IMG/VR virus record: IMGVR_UViG_3300027963_000039 | Length of the DNA stretch: 64,000 bases | From: a virus | Direction: 5' to 3' (one strand) | Part shown: positions 36,521-46,855 of the stretch, piece after piece | How the letters are laid out: every line of letters begins with the position of its first letter | How positions within the stretch are numbered: the first letter of the stretch is position 1 | Notes under the pieces: model-generated | The model's database searches: none | Seen by the model: the letters and a program-made list of their open reading frames with translations, nothing else | Told to the model about the DNA's origin: nothing | Program-made: the position numbers and the translations under genes

Positions 36521-36892
36521 ATGGCTGAAATAAAAAAAGAGGAAGATTGGATGCAAAAGAAGTGGCGTCCAGCCATGGGTTGGATGTACATGATTATTTG
36601 TACATTGGACATGGGTGTATTTCCAATATTGTGGAGTTTGTTGCAGGTGTTTACACACCAATCCATCACACAATGGAATCCATTAACACTACAAGGCGCT
36701 GGACTGTTTCACCTTGCTATGGGTGCTGTTCTTGGTATTGCTGCTTGGGGTAGAACCCAAGAAAAATTAGGTGGTGCAACAACTGTTTCGACTGCTGTAC
36801 CTGAATCAATACCGGCACCAAAGCCAATCAGTATGCCAATGAGTTCACCTACACCACTAGGACCAACTCCATCAAATCAACCTGCTATCTGA
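36521..36892 (+). CDS. Holin (GTA-type 3TM holin family)
   Basis: KWRPAMGWMY, QWNPLTLQGAGLFHLAMGAVLG, RTQEK. Confidence 0.7.
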   Translation: MAEIKKEEDWMQKKWRPAMGWMYMIICTLDMGVFPILWSLLQVFTHQSITQWNPLTLQGAGLFHLAMGAVLGIAAWGRTQEKLGGATTVSTAVPESIPAPKPISMPMSSPTPLGPTPSNQPAI

Positions 36893-36902
36893 AAGTAGAA
36901 CA

Positions 36903-37094
36903 ATGAAAAAAATCTTAATCGTTTTAAACATCTTAATCTGGTCTTTAGTTGGTTACCAAACATCCGTTTATGCTGCCGAAACAAAAAAGGTATGTAAGAC
37001 TAATGCAAAAGGTAAAGAAGTTTGCAAAAATGTAAAAATCCACAAGAAATTTGATGGTACCAAAGTACCGGATAAAAAAGACAAGAAGAAATAA
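36903..37094 (+). CDS. Small exported basic protein
   Basis: Signal peptide (VYA-A), Cys pair, Lys-rich tail. Confidence 0.6.
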   Translation: MKKILIVLNILIWSLVGYQTSVYAAETKKVCKTNAKGKEVCKNVKIHKKFDGTKVPDKKDKKK

Positions 37095-37095
37095 A

Positions 37096-37503
37096 ATGGC
37101 AGACGAAGATGTTAAAGTGGACATTGGTGTTTTAAAGACTCAAGTGTTGACATTATCAGCATTATGTAATAAAATGGATCAAGTTATCGAAAAACTTGTG
37201 GATCAACACGACAGACACATATCGAAAGTATATACCGACATGGACATCAGAAGAAGGGAAACGGACGCAGATATCAAAGAACTGCACAGCAGAATTGATA
37301 CTGTTCTCGATAAACTGTCCGAACAAAATGAAAAAATTATGGAAGAATTTAAATTTCTTAGAAAAGAAATGTCTAACCATAACTCGCAAGAAAAAGAACA
37401 ACTAGATAAACTTCTACAATGGAAGTGGATGATTGCTGGTGGTGTGCTTGTTCTGTCTTGGTTGGTTTCACATGTAAAATTAGACACAGTATTTTTTAAA
37501 TAA
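37096..37503 (+). CDS. Coiled-coil protein with C-terminal TM
   Basis: Heptad repeats then WKWMIAGGVLVLSWL. Confidence 0.65.
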   Translation: MADEDVKVDIGVLKTQVLTLSALCNKMDQVIEKLVDQHDRHISKVYTDMDIRRRETDADIKELHSRIDTVLDKLSEQNEKIMEEFKFLRKEMSNHNSQEKEQLDKLLQWKWMIAGGVLVLSWLVSHVKLDTVFFK

Positions 37504-37528
37504 TTTTCTCCGTTTGAATTAATATATT

Positions 37529-38545
37529 ATGAGTGTTTTCATCGACAGGAATTTCCTGTTACAACTTTCGCCCAAATTGCCGAGATTTTCCCAAAAAAAG
37601 GATGATCTCTACAATTTCAGGTGTCCGCTCTGTGGCGACTCACAGAAAAATAAAACCAAATGCCGTGGATACGTGTATCGCAAAAAGAATGATTATTTCT
37701 ATATGTGTCATAATTGCGGCGTGTCTACCACATTCTTCAATTTTCTGAAGCAAGTGGATCCTTCCCTTGTGCAAGAATATCAACTAGAGAGATACAAAAA
37801 CGGTGAATCTGGCCATAGTAACTTTGAGAAGCCTGAATTCGAAGAAGTTAAAACATCCAAACCAGTATTCAAAGAATCTTTACAGCTTCCGTCAATTGAT
37901 TCTCTACCAGAAGCACATTTTGCCAAGGTTTATGTGCAACAAAGAAAGATTCCTGAAAACCTACAAACACAGTTATACTACGCAGAAGATTTTGCAGACT
38001 TTGTGCAGGGTTTGGGAATTGAAAAAGACAATCTACATAAAAATGATAAACGTCTTGTAATACCATTCTATGATAAAGGCAAAAAACTTATAGCGATTCA
38101 AGGCAGATCATTGGGTGAATCCAAACTCAGATATATAACAATTAAATTACATGATGATAACAAAAAGATTTATGGATTAGACAGACTGAATCCAGAAATT
38201 TCTAGAATTTATGTAGTTGAAGGTCCTATCGATTCTATGTTTTTGGAAAACGCCGTTGCAACAGCAGACTCTAATTTGGAATCGATTGCGGACACACTGG
38301 ATAAGTCTAAGGTAGTTTTAATCTTTGATAACGAACCCCGCAACAAGGAAATAGTGAAACAGATGGAACATGCCATCGACAACCACTTTAATGTTGTTAT
38401 TTGGCCAGAAATGATTGTTGAAAAAGATATTAATGATATGGTATTGAATGGATTCTCACCAGACGAAATTCAAGATATTATAGATAAAAATACCTTCATT
38501 AATTTGAGAGCAAAATTTGAATTTATTAATTGGAAGAAGGTGTAA
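37529..38545 (+). CDS. gp61: DNA primase (T4 gp61)
   Basis: CPLCGDS...CHNC zinc finger, VVEGPIDS, FDNEPRN, KDIND. Confidence 0.96.
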   Translation: MSVFIDRNFLLQLSPKLPRFSQKKDDLYNFRCPLCGDSQKNKTKCRGYVYRKKNDYFYMCHNCGVSTTFFNFLKQVDPSLVQEYQLERYKNGESGHSNFEKPEFEEVKTSKPVFKESLQLPSIDSLPEAHFAKVYVQQRKIPENLQTQLYYAEDFADFVQGLGIEKDNLHKNDKRLVIPFYDKGKKLIAIQGRSLGESKLRYITIKLHDDNKKIYGLDRLNPEISRIYVVEGPIDSMFLENAVATADSNLESIADTLDKSKVVLIFDNEPRNKEIVKQMEHAIDNHFNVVIWPEMIVEKDINDMVLNGFSPDEIQDIIDKNTFINLRAKFEFINWKKV

Positions 38546-38546
38546 T

Positions 38547-39473
38547 ATGGAAACTACAGTATATGATCTACCAGAGTTGGAATACTTGGTTAGAGAATTT
38601 GATAGAAAATATGTTGAGAGTGGATTGACTTATGGTTGGAAATCCGAAACAAAAAAAGAATATGATTTTGGCCACTGGAATAAAGTTGTATTGAAATCCA
38701 ATAAACAATTTGTATTTGATAATGCAAAATTGCCTTTTATTAAAAAACATCCTGAAGTTGAAACAATTTGGAACATTGTCCAGTCAAAAATTGGTCGTAG
38801 AAAATTATTAAGAGCTTATGTCAACGGTTACACTTACGGAACTGATGCATATTTTCATAGAGATGATGGATGGATTTCGGAAATATACGGTCAAGGAATT
38901 TTGACAGAAACAGTTATAGTTTATTTGAATGATAAATGGGATGCCGATTGGGCAGGAGAGACTGTTATACTAGATGAATCTGGAGAAATCGAAAAATCTG
39001 TATTGCCTAAGAAGAATAGAGTATTGATTTTTGATTCGAATAAACTTCATGCTGCAAGACCACTCACAAGAGCTTGTGCTGAACTAAGAAAGGTTTTAGT
39101 GTTTAAAACTATCGATTATAATATTCAAACTAAAGAAGTTGATTTTATTCATAAGTTGACATTAAATGATCCTAGACTATTTTATGTTTCATTTAAAATG
39201 TCTATTGCTTTGGATGAAAGATTACAGAGTAAAGATGTATGTCTAGCTGCACTATATCATGCTGTGTACACTTATCCAAATATTGAGCGACAGACCGTTA
39301 AAGATTTAATTGGTGAATCTGCTGAACAATTAGTATATGAATATCACAACAAATTAAATATGGAAAATAAAGATTTAATGTATATTGAATTTGCAAAACT
39401 TATGCGTACAAATAAAGATGGTGTTCACAATGAGACTTTGAATACATTATGGAGAAAACTAAATGAAAGTTGA
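38547..39473 (+). CDS. 2OG-Fe(II) oxygenase fused to degenerate HD-like (DUF6817-type) helical domain
   Basis: YFHRD, WAGET, LHAAR, RKVLVFK; C-terminal VCLAALYHAVY...LIGESAEQLV. Confidence 0.7.
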   Translation: METTVYDLPELEYLVREFDRKYVESGLTYGWKSETKKEYDFGHWNKVVLKSNKQFVFDNAKLPFIKKHPEVETIWNIVQSKIGRRKLLRAYVNGYTYGTDAYFHRDDGWISEIYGQGILTETVIVYLNDKWDADWAGETVILDESGEIEKSVLPKKNRVLIFDSNKLHAARPLTRACAELRKVLVFKTIDYNIQTKEVDFIHKLTLNDPRLFYVSFKMSIALDERLQSKDVCLAALYHAVYTYPNIERQTVKDLIGESAEQLVYEYHNKLNMENKDLMYIEFAKLMRTNKDGVHNETLNTLWRKLNES

Positions 39474-40152
39474 ACTGATTAATTATTCACAAACTTCACT
39501 TAGTGATGATGCTGGTAGAATCTTACCACAAAAGAGTTTATTAGAACAAATTGCATATGCAGCTCGAGTTTCAAATCCATCGAATCAAAATAACAATGAC
39601 ACAGCTGAAAAGTTGGTTCGTTATTTGATTAAACACGAACATTGGTCGCCACTTGAAATGGTGAATGTGTGTTTAGAGATAGAAACTACCCGTGATATTG
39701 CAAGACAAATTTTAAGACACCGTTCTTTTTCTTTCCAAGAATTTTCACAACGTTATGCTGATCCGACATCCGAACTTTCTTTTGTGATGAGAGAAGCACG
39801 TTTGCAAGATACCAAAAATAGACAAAATTCTATTGAAATTCCTGGTACTACAATAAAAGAACAAACATTGTTAGAAGAATGGAAATGGCATCAACAAGAT
39901 GTACTTAGAACAATAGATCACGCTTATAATTGGGCAATTTCAAATGGCATTGCTAAGGAACAAGCAAGAGCTGTATTGCCAGAGGGTATGACTGTATCTA
40001 GAATGTATATGAACGGAACGCTTCGGTCGTGGGTTCACTATATACAACTACGGAGTGGAATTGAAACACAAAAAGAACATCGTAAAGTAGCTCTTGCCTG
40101 CGCTGATGCGATTGAGCCAATTTTTCCGATGATTAAAGAATTTTTAAAATAA
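39463..40152 (+). CDS. thyX: Flavin-dependent thymidylate synthase
   Basis: HWSPLEM, RHRSFSFQEFSQRY, AR.VLP, TQKEH. Confidence 0.96.
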   Translation: MKVELINYSQTSLSDDAGRILPQKSLLEQIAYAARVSNPSNQNNNDTAEKLVRYLIKHEHWSPLEMVNVCLEIETTRDIARQILRHRSFSFQEFSQRYADPTSELSFVMREARLQDTKNRQNSIEIPGTTIKEQTLLEEWKWHQQDVLRTIDHAYNWAISNGIAKEQARAVLPEGMTVSRMYMNGTLRSWVHYIQLRSGIETQKEHRKVALACADAIEPIFPMIKEFLK

Positions 40153-40169
40153 CAATAAGGCAAAAAAGT

Positions 40170-41987
40170 ATGATGGAATATCTAGGTATAAAAATCGATT
40201 TGGAGAGAGACAAACTCTTTGACGATCTGGGAATTAAAAGATTAAAAGAAAGTTACATGAGGGATGATGAAGAAAGTCCACAACACAGGTTCGCATTTGT
40301 ATCAAAAACCTTTTCAACAGATGAACAACACGCACAAAGACTGTACGAATATTCTAGTAAGCATTGGTTATCTTACAGCACTCCCATTCTTTCTTTTGGT
40401 CGCTCTAAGCGTGGTATGCCTATATCATGTTTCCTTAATTATATCGAAGATACTGCTGAAGGTCTAGTTGATAACCTATCTGAAACGAATTGGCTTAGCA
40501 TGCTGGGTGGCGGTGTTGGCATTGGCTTTGGTATTCGTTCAGCTGACGATAAATCTACTGGTGTTATGCCTCACCTCAAAATTTATGACGCATCTAGTTT
40601 GGCATATCGTCAGGGTCGCACTCGCCGTGGTAGTTATGCTGCTTACTTGTCTATTGACCATCCAGATATTATCTCTTTTCTAGAAATGCGTAAGCCTACA
40701 GGCGATCCAAATGTTCGTTGCTTGAATCTCCATCATGGTATCAATATCACCGATGACTTCATGCAAATAATTGAAAAATGCATGTTGGATCCGGAAGCCA
40801 ATGATGATTGGCAATTAAAAGATCCACATTCAGGTGAACTTAGGGAAGTTGTTTCAGCTAAACGTCTGTGGCAAGAAATTTTAGAATTACGTATGCATAC
40901 AGGTGAACCGTACATACACTATATTGATACAAGCAATAAAAAACTTCCGTATTGGTTAAAAGAAAAAGGATTAAAAGTCAATCAATCAAATCTTTGTTCG
41001 GAAATAATTTTACCGACAAATGAGGAAAGAACAGCCGTTTGCTGCCTATCTTCATTAAATTTGGAGAAGTATGATGAGTGGGAATCTAACAATTTATTTC
41101 TCAAAGACGTTGCCGAAATGCTTGATAATGTCCTCAATTACTTCATTGCTAATGCTCCTGATGTTATCAGCCGTGCAAAGTATAGTGCCGAAAGAGAACG
41201 TTCTATTGGTGTCGGTGCTCTTGGGTTCCATGCTTATCTACAACGTAACAATATTCCTTTTGAAGGCGTTATGGCCAAAGTCGTCAACAATAGAATTTTT
41301 AAACACATAAGAAAAGGTCTAGATGATGCAAATAAAATATTGGGGACGGAGAGAGGTGAAGCTCCTGATGCAACCGGTACTGGTTTCCGTTTTAGTCATC
41401 TTATGGCTGTTGCTCCCAATGCTTCTTCTTCCATTATCATGGGCAATACTTCTCCTAGCGTTGAACCTTATCGTGCCAATGCTTATCGCCAAGATACTTT
41501 ATCAGGTTCTCACCTAAACAAGAATCGTTGGTTAGATAAAGTCATTATGAAATATCTGGATCCAGAAGGTGGATCCGTTTTGACACCAAAAGGTGAACAA
41601 GAATATGCTGACATCTGGTCATCTATCATTGCTAATGATGGTTCGGTACAACACTTGACTTGGATGGACGAAAACACCAAAGCTGTGTTTAAAACATCAA
41701 TGGAAATTGATCAGCGTTGGGTAATTGATTTGGCCGCAGATAGACAAGAATACATCGACCAAGCACAATCGTTGAACTTGTTTTTCAGACCAGATTCGAA
41801 TATTAAATATATACATGCAATTCATTTTATGGCATGGAAAAAAGGATTAAAAACCCTATATTATTGCCGTAGTGAGAAATTAGCTAAAGCTGATAAAGTA
41901 TCTAAGAGAGTTGAAAGAGAAATTATTAAAGAATTAGATATGACACAAATTGCTCAGGGAAATGACTGTATAGCTTGCGAAGGATAA
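40170..41987 (+). CDS. nrdA: Ribonucleotide reductase class I alpha subunit (no ATP cone)
   Basis: ISCF, SNLCSEI, CCLSSLN, APNASSS, DQAQSLN, KTLYY, C-terminal CIACEG. Confidence 0.97.
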   Translation: MMEYLGIKIDLERDKLFDDLGIKRLKESYMRDDEESPQHRFAFVSKTFSTDEQHAQRLYEYSSKHWLSYSTPILSFGRSKRGMPISCFLNYIEDTAEGLVDNLSETNWLSMLGGGVGIGFGIRSADDKSTGVMPHLKIYDASSLAYRQGRTRRGSYAAYLSIDHPDIISFLEMRKPTGDPNVRCLNLHHGINITDDFMQIIEKCMLDPEANDDWQLKDPHSGELREVVSAKRLWQEILELRMHTGEPYIHYIDTSNKKLPYWLKEKGLKVNQSNLCSEIILPTNEERTAVCCLSSLNLEKYDEWESNNLFLKDVAEMLDNVLNYFIANAPDVISRAKYSAERERSIGVGALGFHAYLQRNNIPFEGVMAKVVNNRIFKHIRKGLDDANKILGTERGEAPDATGTGFRFSHLMAVAPNASSSIIMGNTSPSVEPYRANAYRQDTLSGSHLNKNRWLDKVIMKYLDPEGGSVLTPKGEQEYADIWSSIIANDGSVQHLTWMDENTKAVFKTSMEIDQRWVIDLAADRQEYIDQAQSLNLFFRPDSNIKYIHAIHFMAWKKGLKTLYYCRSEKLAKADKVSKRVEREIIKELDMTQIAQGNDCIACEG

Positions 41988-41989
41988 AG

Positions 41990-42622
41990 ATGTTTAAAGA
42001 AATTACAGAAACGTTAAGACAACAAAGATGGGACGACCATCGATATTACCATCACAGTAGAATCAATCAATTTCTACATTTAATTAGTGCAACATCATTT
42101 TTGGTTGCATATGTTTATTTGTTTATTGATCCTATTATAAGTGCTTATATTGCTTGGTTAATTTCAATGACATCACGGCAAATTGGTCATTTTGTTTTTG
42201 AACCTAAAAGTTATGATGAATATAATAAAGCTACACAAGAATACAAAGAAGAAATTAAAATAGGTTATAATTTAAATCGTAAACGGGTTTTGATGAGTCT
42301 GTTTGTTTTGATACCTATTCTTGCATATTTTGATTTTGCATTTATGAATTACATGGTTCCGGATCAAAACACAGAAACATTTTTAAATCGACTTGGTATT
42401 GGTTGGTTTTGGCTGGGCATTTCTGCTATCTTATTCAGAATGATCCAACTAACGATATTTCAAAGTTTTAAAGTTGCATTTGTTTGGTGCTTGAAAATTG
42501 TTACGGATCCAATACATGATCTATGGATTTATAGAAAATCACCATACTACTTGATGCGTGGTGAGTTAATAGATAAAGATTTAAAACAAGATTACGAATT
42601 AGAAATAGGTATTAAAAAATGA
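41990..42622 (+). CDS. DUF962/Mpo1-like membrane protein
   Basis: YYHHSRINQFLH, RQIGHFVFE, several TMs. Confidence 0.6.
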   Translation: MFKEITETLRQQRWDDHRYYHHSRINQFLHLISATSFLVAYVYLFIDPIISAYIAWLISMTSRQIGHFVFEPKSYDEYNKATQEYKEEIKIGYNLNRKRVLMSLFVLIPILAYFDFAFMNYMVPDQNTETFLNRLGIGWFWLGISAILFRMIQLTIFQSFKVAFVWCLKIVTDPIHDLWIYRKSPYYLMRGELIDKDLKQDYELEIGIKK

Positions 42623-42864
42623 AACAGTTATTAAAATTTTCAGCAACATGGTGTGGTCCTTGTAAATCCTTGGCCAACAATTTTAAACATGTGAATCTTG
42701 GTGATGTTGAATTGGTTAACATTGATATTGAAGAAGAAAGTGCAAAGACGATTAGTTATGGTGTACGTGGAGTACCTACTATGGTTTTATTGGAAGATGG
42801 TGTCGAAATCAAACGTAAAACTGGTGTACTTATGGCCGACCAAATCGAGGAATTCATTAAATGA
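42619..42864 (+). CDS. trxA: Thioredoxin
   Basis: WCGPC, VPT. Confidence 0.95.
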   Translation: MKQLLKFSATWCGPCKSLANNFKHVNLGDVELVNIDIEEESAKTISYGVRGVPTMVLLEDGVEIKRKTGVLMADQIEEFIK

Positions 42865-43847
42865 TAAGCAAAACAAAATCAATTTTAACTGATGAACGTA
42901 CATACTTTAAACCTTTCAACTATCCATGGGCCTACGATGCTTGGCTGAAACATGAACAATCACATTGGCTTCACACGGAAGTTCCAATGGCTGAAGATGT
43001 TAAAGATTGGAAAAAGAAGTTAACAAACGAAGAAAAACAATTTTTAACAAACATCTTTCGTTTCTTTACACAGGGTGATATTGACGTTGCTGGTGGTTAC
43101 GTCAATAATTACTTGCCTTATTTTCCCCAACCAGAAATACGGATGATGTTGGCTGGTTTTGCTGCTCGTGAAGCTTTACATATTGCTGCATATTCACATT
43201 TGATTGAAACACTTGGTTTACCTGAAACAACATACAACGAATTCATGGAGTATGCTGAAATGAAGGAGAAACATGATTATGTTATGGACATTGCCAGCAA
43301 AAATACAACAAAAGAAAACACCGCAACACACATTGCTGTGTTCTCAGCCTTCACCGAAGGTATGCAATTATTCTCATCATTCATTATGTTATTGAATTTT
43401 CCTCGTACAGGAAAGATGAGGGGTATGGGTCAGATTGTAACATGGTCGATTGTTGATGAGACAATGCACGCTGAGTCGATGATTAAGTTATTCAGAACCT
43501 ACATAGAAGAAAATAAAGAAATTTGGAATGATGAATTGAAAAGTAGAATATATACAATAGCTGAAAAGATGGTTCAGCTTGAAGATAAATTTATTGATCT
43601 AGCATTCGGTATGGGTGAAATGGAAGGTTTGAGTTCTGCTGATGTTAAGCAATACATTCGTTATATTGCTGACCGCCGACTCATTAGCCTTGGACTAAAA
43701 GGTATTAACAAAGTAAAACGCAATCCATTGCCATGGGTTGAAGAAATGATTAACGCACCAACACACACTAATTTCTTTGAGAATAGAGCAACCGACTATG
43801 CAAAAGGTGCTTTATCCGGAAATTGGGGAGATGTTTGGGCCAACTAA
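42861..43847 (+). CDS. nrdB: Ribonucleotide reductase class I beta subunit
   Basis: FFTQGD, EALHIAAY, EGMQLF, DETMH, NFFENRATDY. Confidence 0.97.
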   Translation: MISKTKSILTDERTYFKPFNYPWAYDAWLKHEQSHWLHTEVPMAEDVKDWKKKLTNEEKQFLTNIFRFFTQGDIDVAGGYVNNYLPYFPQPEIRMMLAGFAAREALHIAAYSHLIETLGLPETTYNEFMEYAEMKEKHDYVMDIASKNTTKENTATHIAVFSAFTEGMQLFSSFIMLLNFPRTGKMRGMGQIVTWSIVDETMHAESMIKLFRTYIEENKEIWNDELKSRIYTIAEKMVQLEDKFIDLAFGMGEMEGLSSADVKQYIRYIADRRLISLGLKGINKVKRNPLPWVEEMINAPTHTNFFENRATDYAKGALSGNWGDVWAN

Positions 43848-43861
43848 AAAGAAAGAAAAAA

Positions 43862-44050
43862 ATGACAAACAAATCTATGACTGGAGACTGTTCTAGCTGT
43901 GAATCAACCTACGGCATAGAATTTACGGAAGAACTTGTATCAGAAGAATTTCCGGAATATTGTCCATTTTGTGGTGAGACCATCGATGAATTATCAGAAG
44001 AATATGCAGAAGAAGATGATGATCCAGAAGATGAAAACCGATGGGATTAA
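43862..44050 (+). CDS. Small zinc-ribbon acidic protein
   Basis: CSSC...CPFCG. Confidence 0.7.
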   Translation: MTNKSMTGDCSSCESTYGIEFTEELVSEEFPEYCPFCGETIDELSEEYAEEDDDPEDENRWD

Positions 44051-44478
44051 ACTGGACATATAACGATAAAGAATTTACGGAAGACTTGATTGGTGATAAT
44101 TTAGGATTTGTATATGAAATAACAAATCTTGAAAATAATAGAAAATATATTGGTAAAAAATTATTTCATTCATCCAAAACCAAACAAGTAAAAGGTAAAA
44201 AGAAGCGTATTAAAGTTCCAAGTGATTGGCAAACTTATTACGGAAGTAGTGCCGATCTTGCTAAAGATGTGTTATCATTAGGACAAGAAAAGTTCCAAAG
44301 AAAAATAATACACCTTTGTAAATCTAGAGGTGAGTGTAGTTATCTCGAAGCCAAAGAACAATTTTTAAATTGTGTTATGGAAAGAGAAGATTACTACAAT
44401 ACGTGGATTATGGTTAGAGTTAGAAAATCGCATATTAAGGATTATAATGCTAGACTTCTTAGTGGAACTAAAGAATGA
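44041..44478 (+). CDS. GIY-YIG-family endonuclease
   Basis: GFVYEITN...KYIGKK, YYGSS, YLE, YYN. Confidence 0.8.
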   Translation: MGLNWTYNDKEFTEDLIGDNLGFVYEITNLENNRKYIGKKLFHSSKTKQVKGKKKRIKVPSDWQTYYGSSADLAKDVLSLGQEKFQRKIIHLCKSRGECSYLEAKEQFLNCVMEREDYYNTWIMVRVRKSHIKDYNARLLSGTKE

Positions 44479-44803
44479 TAATCAGGATTTTGATTTCCTG
44501 AGTTTCACTTCAAACGATAATGGTGAGTCATTATCTATTACAGGTGAAAAATATAAAGATCCAGGAACACCAGTCGGAGGCAGCGCTATTGGTCCACAGT
44601 ATCATATAGTCTTGTACAAAGATCATCCAACAGATAAGAAAAAATTCTGTGATGTGGAATGTTTTAATGGTATACTTGCTGATCCTTGGGAATACATCTC
44701 CGGACTAATTCCTGTAGGTTTCTATGGCGTAATCGCAAGAACAACTACCACTTCCGAACCAATCATACAAAGGCTGGTTGACACCATCAAAAAAGTGTGT
44801 TAG
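44447..44803 (+). CDS. Hypothetical protein
   Basis: AAGGA RBS, packed between nuclease and rnh. Confidence 0.6.
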   Translation: MLDFLVELKNDNQDFDFLSFTSNDNGESLSITGEKYKDPGTPVGGSAIGPQYHIVLYKDHPTDKKKFCDVECFNGILADPWEYISGLIPVGFYGVIARTTTTSEPIIQRLVDTIKKVC

Positions 44804-44836
44804 AATTGAATCTTTAGAAACTATTGAAAGTTTGTT

Positions 44837-45688
44837 ATGATTCTGGTAGATTTAAATCAGGTACTATTATCTGGCCTGATGGCACAGATTTCGAATCAAA
44901 AAGGTGTGAAGCTTGAAGAAAGCTTAGTTCGCCATATGATTCTAAACATTATCCGGATGCACGTTAGGAATTTCCGCAAGGACTATGGCGATATAGTCCT
45001 CTGTTGTGACAACAGGAAATACTGGCGTAAAGAATTCTTTCCTTTCTATAAAGCAAGCCGAAAGAAGAACCGTGAAAAATCCGACCTAGACTGGCATATG
45101 ATTTTTGATATGTTGGCAAAATTCAAGTTGGAACTGAAAGAAAATTTTCCCTACAAGGTTATCGATGTTGAAGGTGCAGAAGCTGATGATATCATTGGCA
45201 CATTAGTACCAATCTATGCACCACACGAAAAGATTTTAATTCTTTCTAGTGACGGTGACTTCCTACAACTACAGATGTATGGTGAAAATGTTAAACAATA
45301 CAATCCATCACAGAAGAAATACATTAAGTCCAACGAACCTCTTTTAGAATTAAAAGAGAAGATTATTCGTGGTGATAAAGGTGACGGTATACCAAACATT
45401 TTTTCACCATCAGATTGTTTTGTGCGTGAACTTAGACAAAAACCAATCACACAAAAAATAATTGAAAAATACCTAAATGAGTCAACCGATAAATGGGGTG
45501 ACGAATCAGCAATCACAGGATTCTCACGAAACGAAACCTTAATTGATCTAAGGATGATTCCATCTGAAATTAAACAGAAAATTATAAATAACTATAATGA
45601 AGTTAAACCTGCATCTAAACAACGGATGTTAAATTACTTTATCGAAAACAAACTAAAAAACCTAATGGAAGTGATTGAGGAATTCTAA
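44837..45688 (+). CDS. rnh: T4 RNase H (5'-3' exonuclease/FEN)
   Basis: ILVD, WRK...YKASR, EADD, SSDGDFLQL, GDKGDGIP. Confidence 0.95.
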   Translation: MILVDLNQVLLSGLMAQISNQKGVKLEESLVRHMILNIIRMHVRNFRKDYGDIVLCCDNRKYWRKEFFPFYKASRKKNREKSDLDWHMIFDMLAKFKLELKENFPYKVIDVEGAEADDIIGTLVPIYAPHEKILILSSDGDFLQLQMYGENVKQYNPSQKKYIKSNEPLLELKEKIIRGDKGDGIPNIFSPSDCFVRELRQKPITQKIIEKYLNESTDKWGDESAITGFSRNETLIDLRMIPSEIKQKIINNYNEVKPASKQRMLNYFIENKLKNLMEVIEEF

Positions 45689-46113
45689 TGAAAAATATCT
45701 ATGAAGTGTTTGATGAATTTGAAGAAGCAAAAAATAAAAAAGAAAGATTGACGGTAATTGAAAAGAACCTGTCAAAAACTTTAGTTGAAGTACTACAATA
45801 CACATTTCATCCAGATTACAAATGGAAAATAAATGAAATGCCGGAAAACTATAAGATTCCTATGGATGTAGCTCCTGGGTTATCACGTTGCCAACTATCC
45901 ACAGAAATTAGGAAACTATATTTGTTTCAAAGTGGAAACGAAGTTGCAGAATCTTTATCTCCCAAGAAACAAAATGAGTTATTAATTCAGCTATTGGAAT
46001 CAATCGAACCTAGAGAAGCTGAAGTGATTATTGGTATCTTCAAAAAAGACCAAAGTGTTAAAGGTCTGGATTATAAATTTGTCAAAGAGGCCTTTCCAAA
46101 TCTTTTACCTTAA
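45688..46113 (+). CDS. Conserved T4-like hypothetical protein
   Basis: IQLLESIEPREAE...VKEAFPNLL; coupled to rnh. Confidence 0.7.
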   Translation: MKNIYEVFDEFEEAKNKKERLTVIEKNLSKTLVEVLQYTFHPDYKWKINEMPENYKIPMDVAPGLSRCQLSTEIRKLYLFQSGNEVAESLSPKKQNELLIQLLESIEPREAEVIIGIFKKDQSVKGLDYKFVKEAFPNLLP

Positions 46114-46484
46114 TGGATAACAAAGATAAATTAATAGTAACAAGTGGTGAATTTGATCCTTTAACATATGATGAATTACGTTATCTACAAAGATGCCGTC
46201 AGAAAGGCAATTGGTTAATTGTGGGCATACATTCAAATTGGTGGATGACCTATGCCCGTGGTGGATTCACTCAAAACTATTTTGAACGTAGTCAAATAGT
46301 CAGTAATTTAAAATGTGTCGATGAAATATTCCAATTCAATGATTCTGATGGAACGGTCTGTCAGTTACTCAAATTAGTAAAATTCTGTTATCCGAATGCT
46401 GATATAACTTATATATCGCAAGACGATATGTTCAACATGCCCGAAACAAAAATACGTGGCATCAATTTCGAAACCATGAAGTAG
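46113..46484 (+). CDS. Cytidylyltransferase-like protein with degenerate HxGH motif
   Basis: VTSGEFDPLTYDE, LIVGIHSN, ER..IV..LKCVDE. Confidence 0.7.
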   Translation: MDNKDKLIVTSGEFDPLTYDELRYLQRCRQKGNWLIVGIHSNWWMTYARGGFTQNYFERSQIVSNLKCVDEIFQFNDSDGTVCQLLKLVKFCYPNADITYISQDDMFNMPETKIRGINFETMK

Positions 46485-46495
46485 GAGAAAAGAAA

Positions 46496-46690
46496 GTGAC
46501 GAAGTTTGTCGGTAAATTCCGTAAACAAAAAGATTACAACGATGATTACGAATTTAGTAGGAATGCGTTGAATAACCGTAAACGCAAAGGTGTGAACACC
46601 GAAGTTAAAAAACTATTAAAAATGTATGAAGAAGAAGAATTCATGTATGGATCTTCATACGACACAAAATCCAAAAAAAGAAGCCATTAG
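46496..46690 (+). CDS. Small basic hypothetical protein
   Basis: AGGAG RBS, GTG start. Confidence 0.6.
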   Translation: MTKFVGKFRKQKDYNDDYEFSRNALNNRKRKGVNTEVKKLLKMYEEEEFMYGSSYDTKSKKRSH

Positions 46691-46693
46691 CGC

Positions 46694-46734
46694 AAAAAAA
46701 TGACGCACCAGGATCAACGGTGGTGCGTTTTTTT
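46694..46734. terminator. Rho-independent terminator, probably bidirectional
   Basis: A7-..ACGCACCA-loop-TGGTGCGT-T run. Confidence 0.8.
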
Positions 46735-46766
46735 CAACTGGTCAATAGGCCGATATGGTACAAATT

Positions 46767-46828
46767 TGTTGTTTTTTAGCAACAAATACCAAAATCTGCT
46801 TGACAAAGCCCGAAATGTGTGTCATAAT
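46767..46828 (+). promoter_or_regulatory. TGTTG-N8-CAACA operator + sigma70 promoter
   Basis: Palindrome 46767-46784; TTGACA(46800)-17-CATAAT. Confidence 0.8.
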
Positions 46829-46855
46829 GATATCTCTTGACTGGAGAATCAAAAT

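Noticed and set aside
4338-43847. Inteins or group I introns in gp43, gp41, nrdA, nrdB, thyX
   Set aside because: All are uninterrupted and of ordinary length
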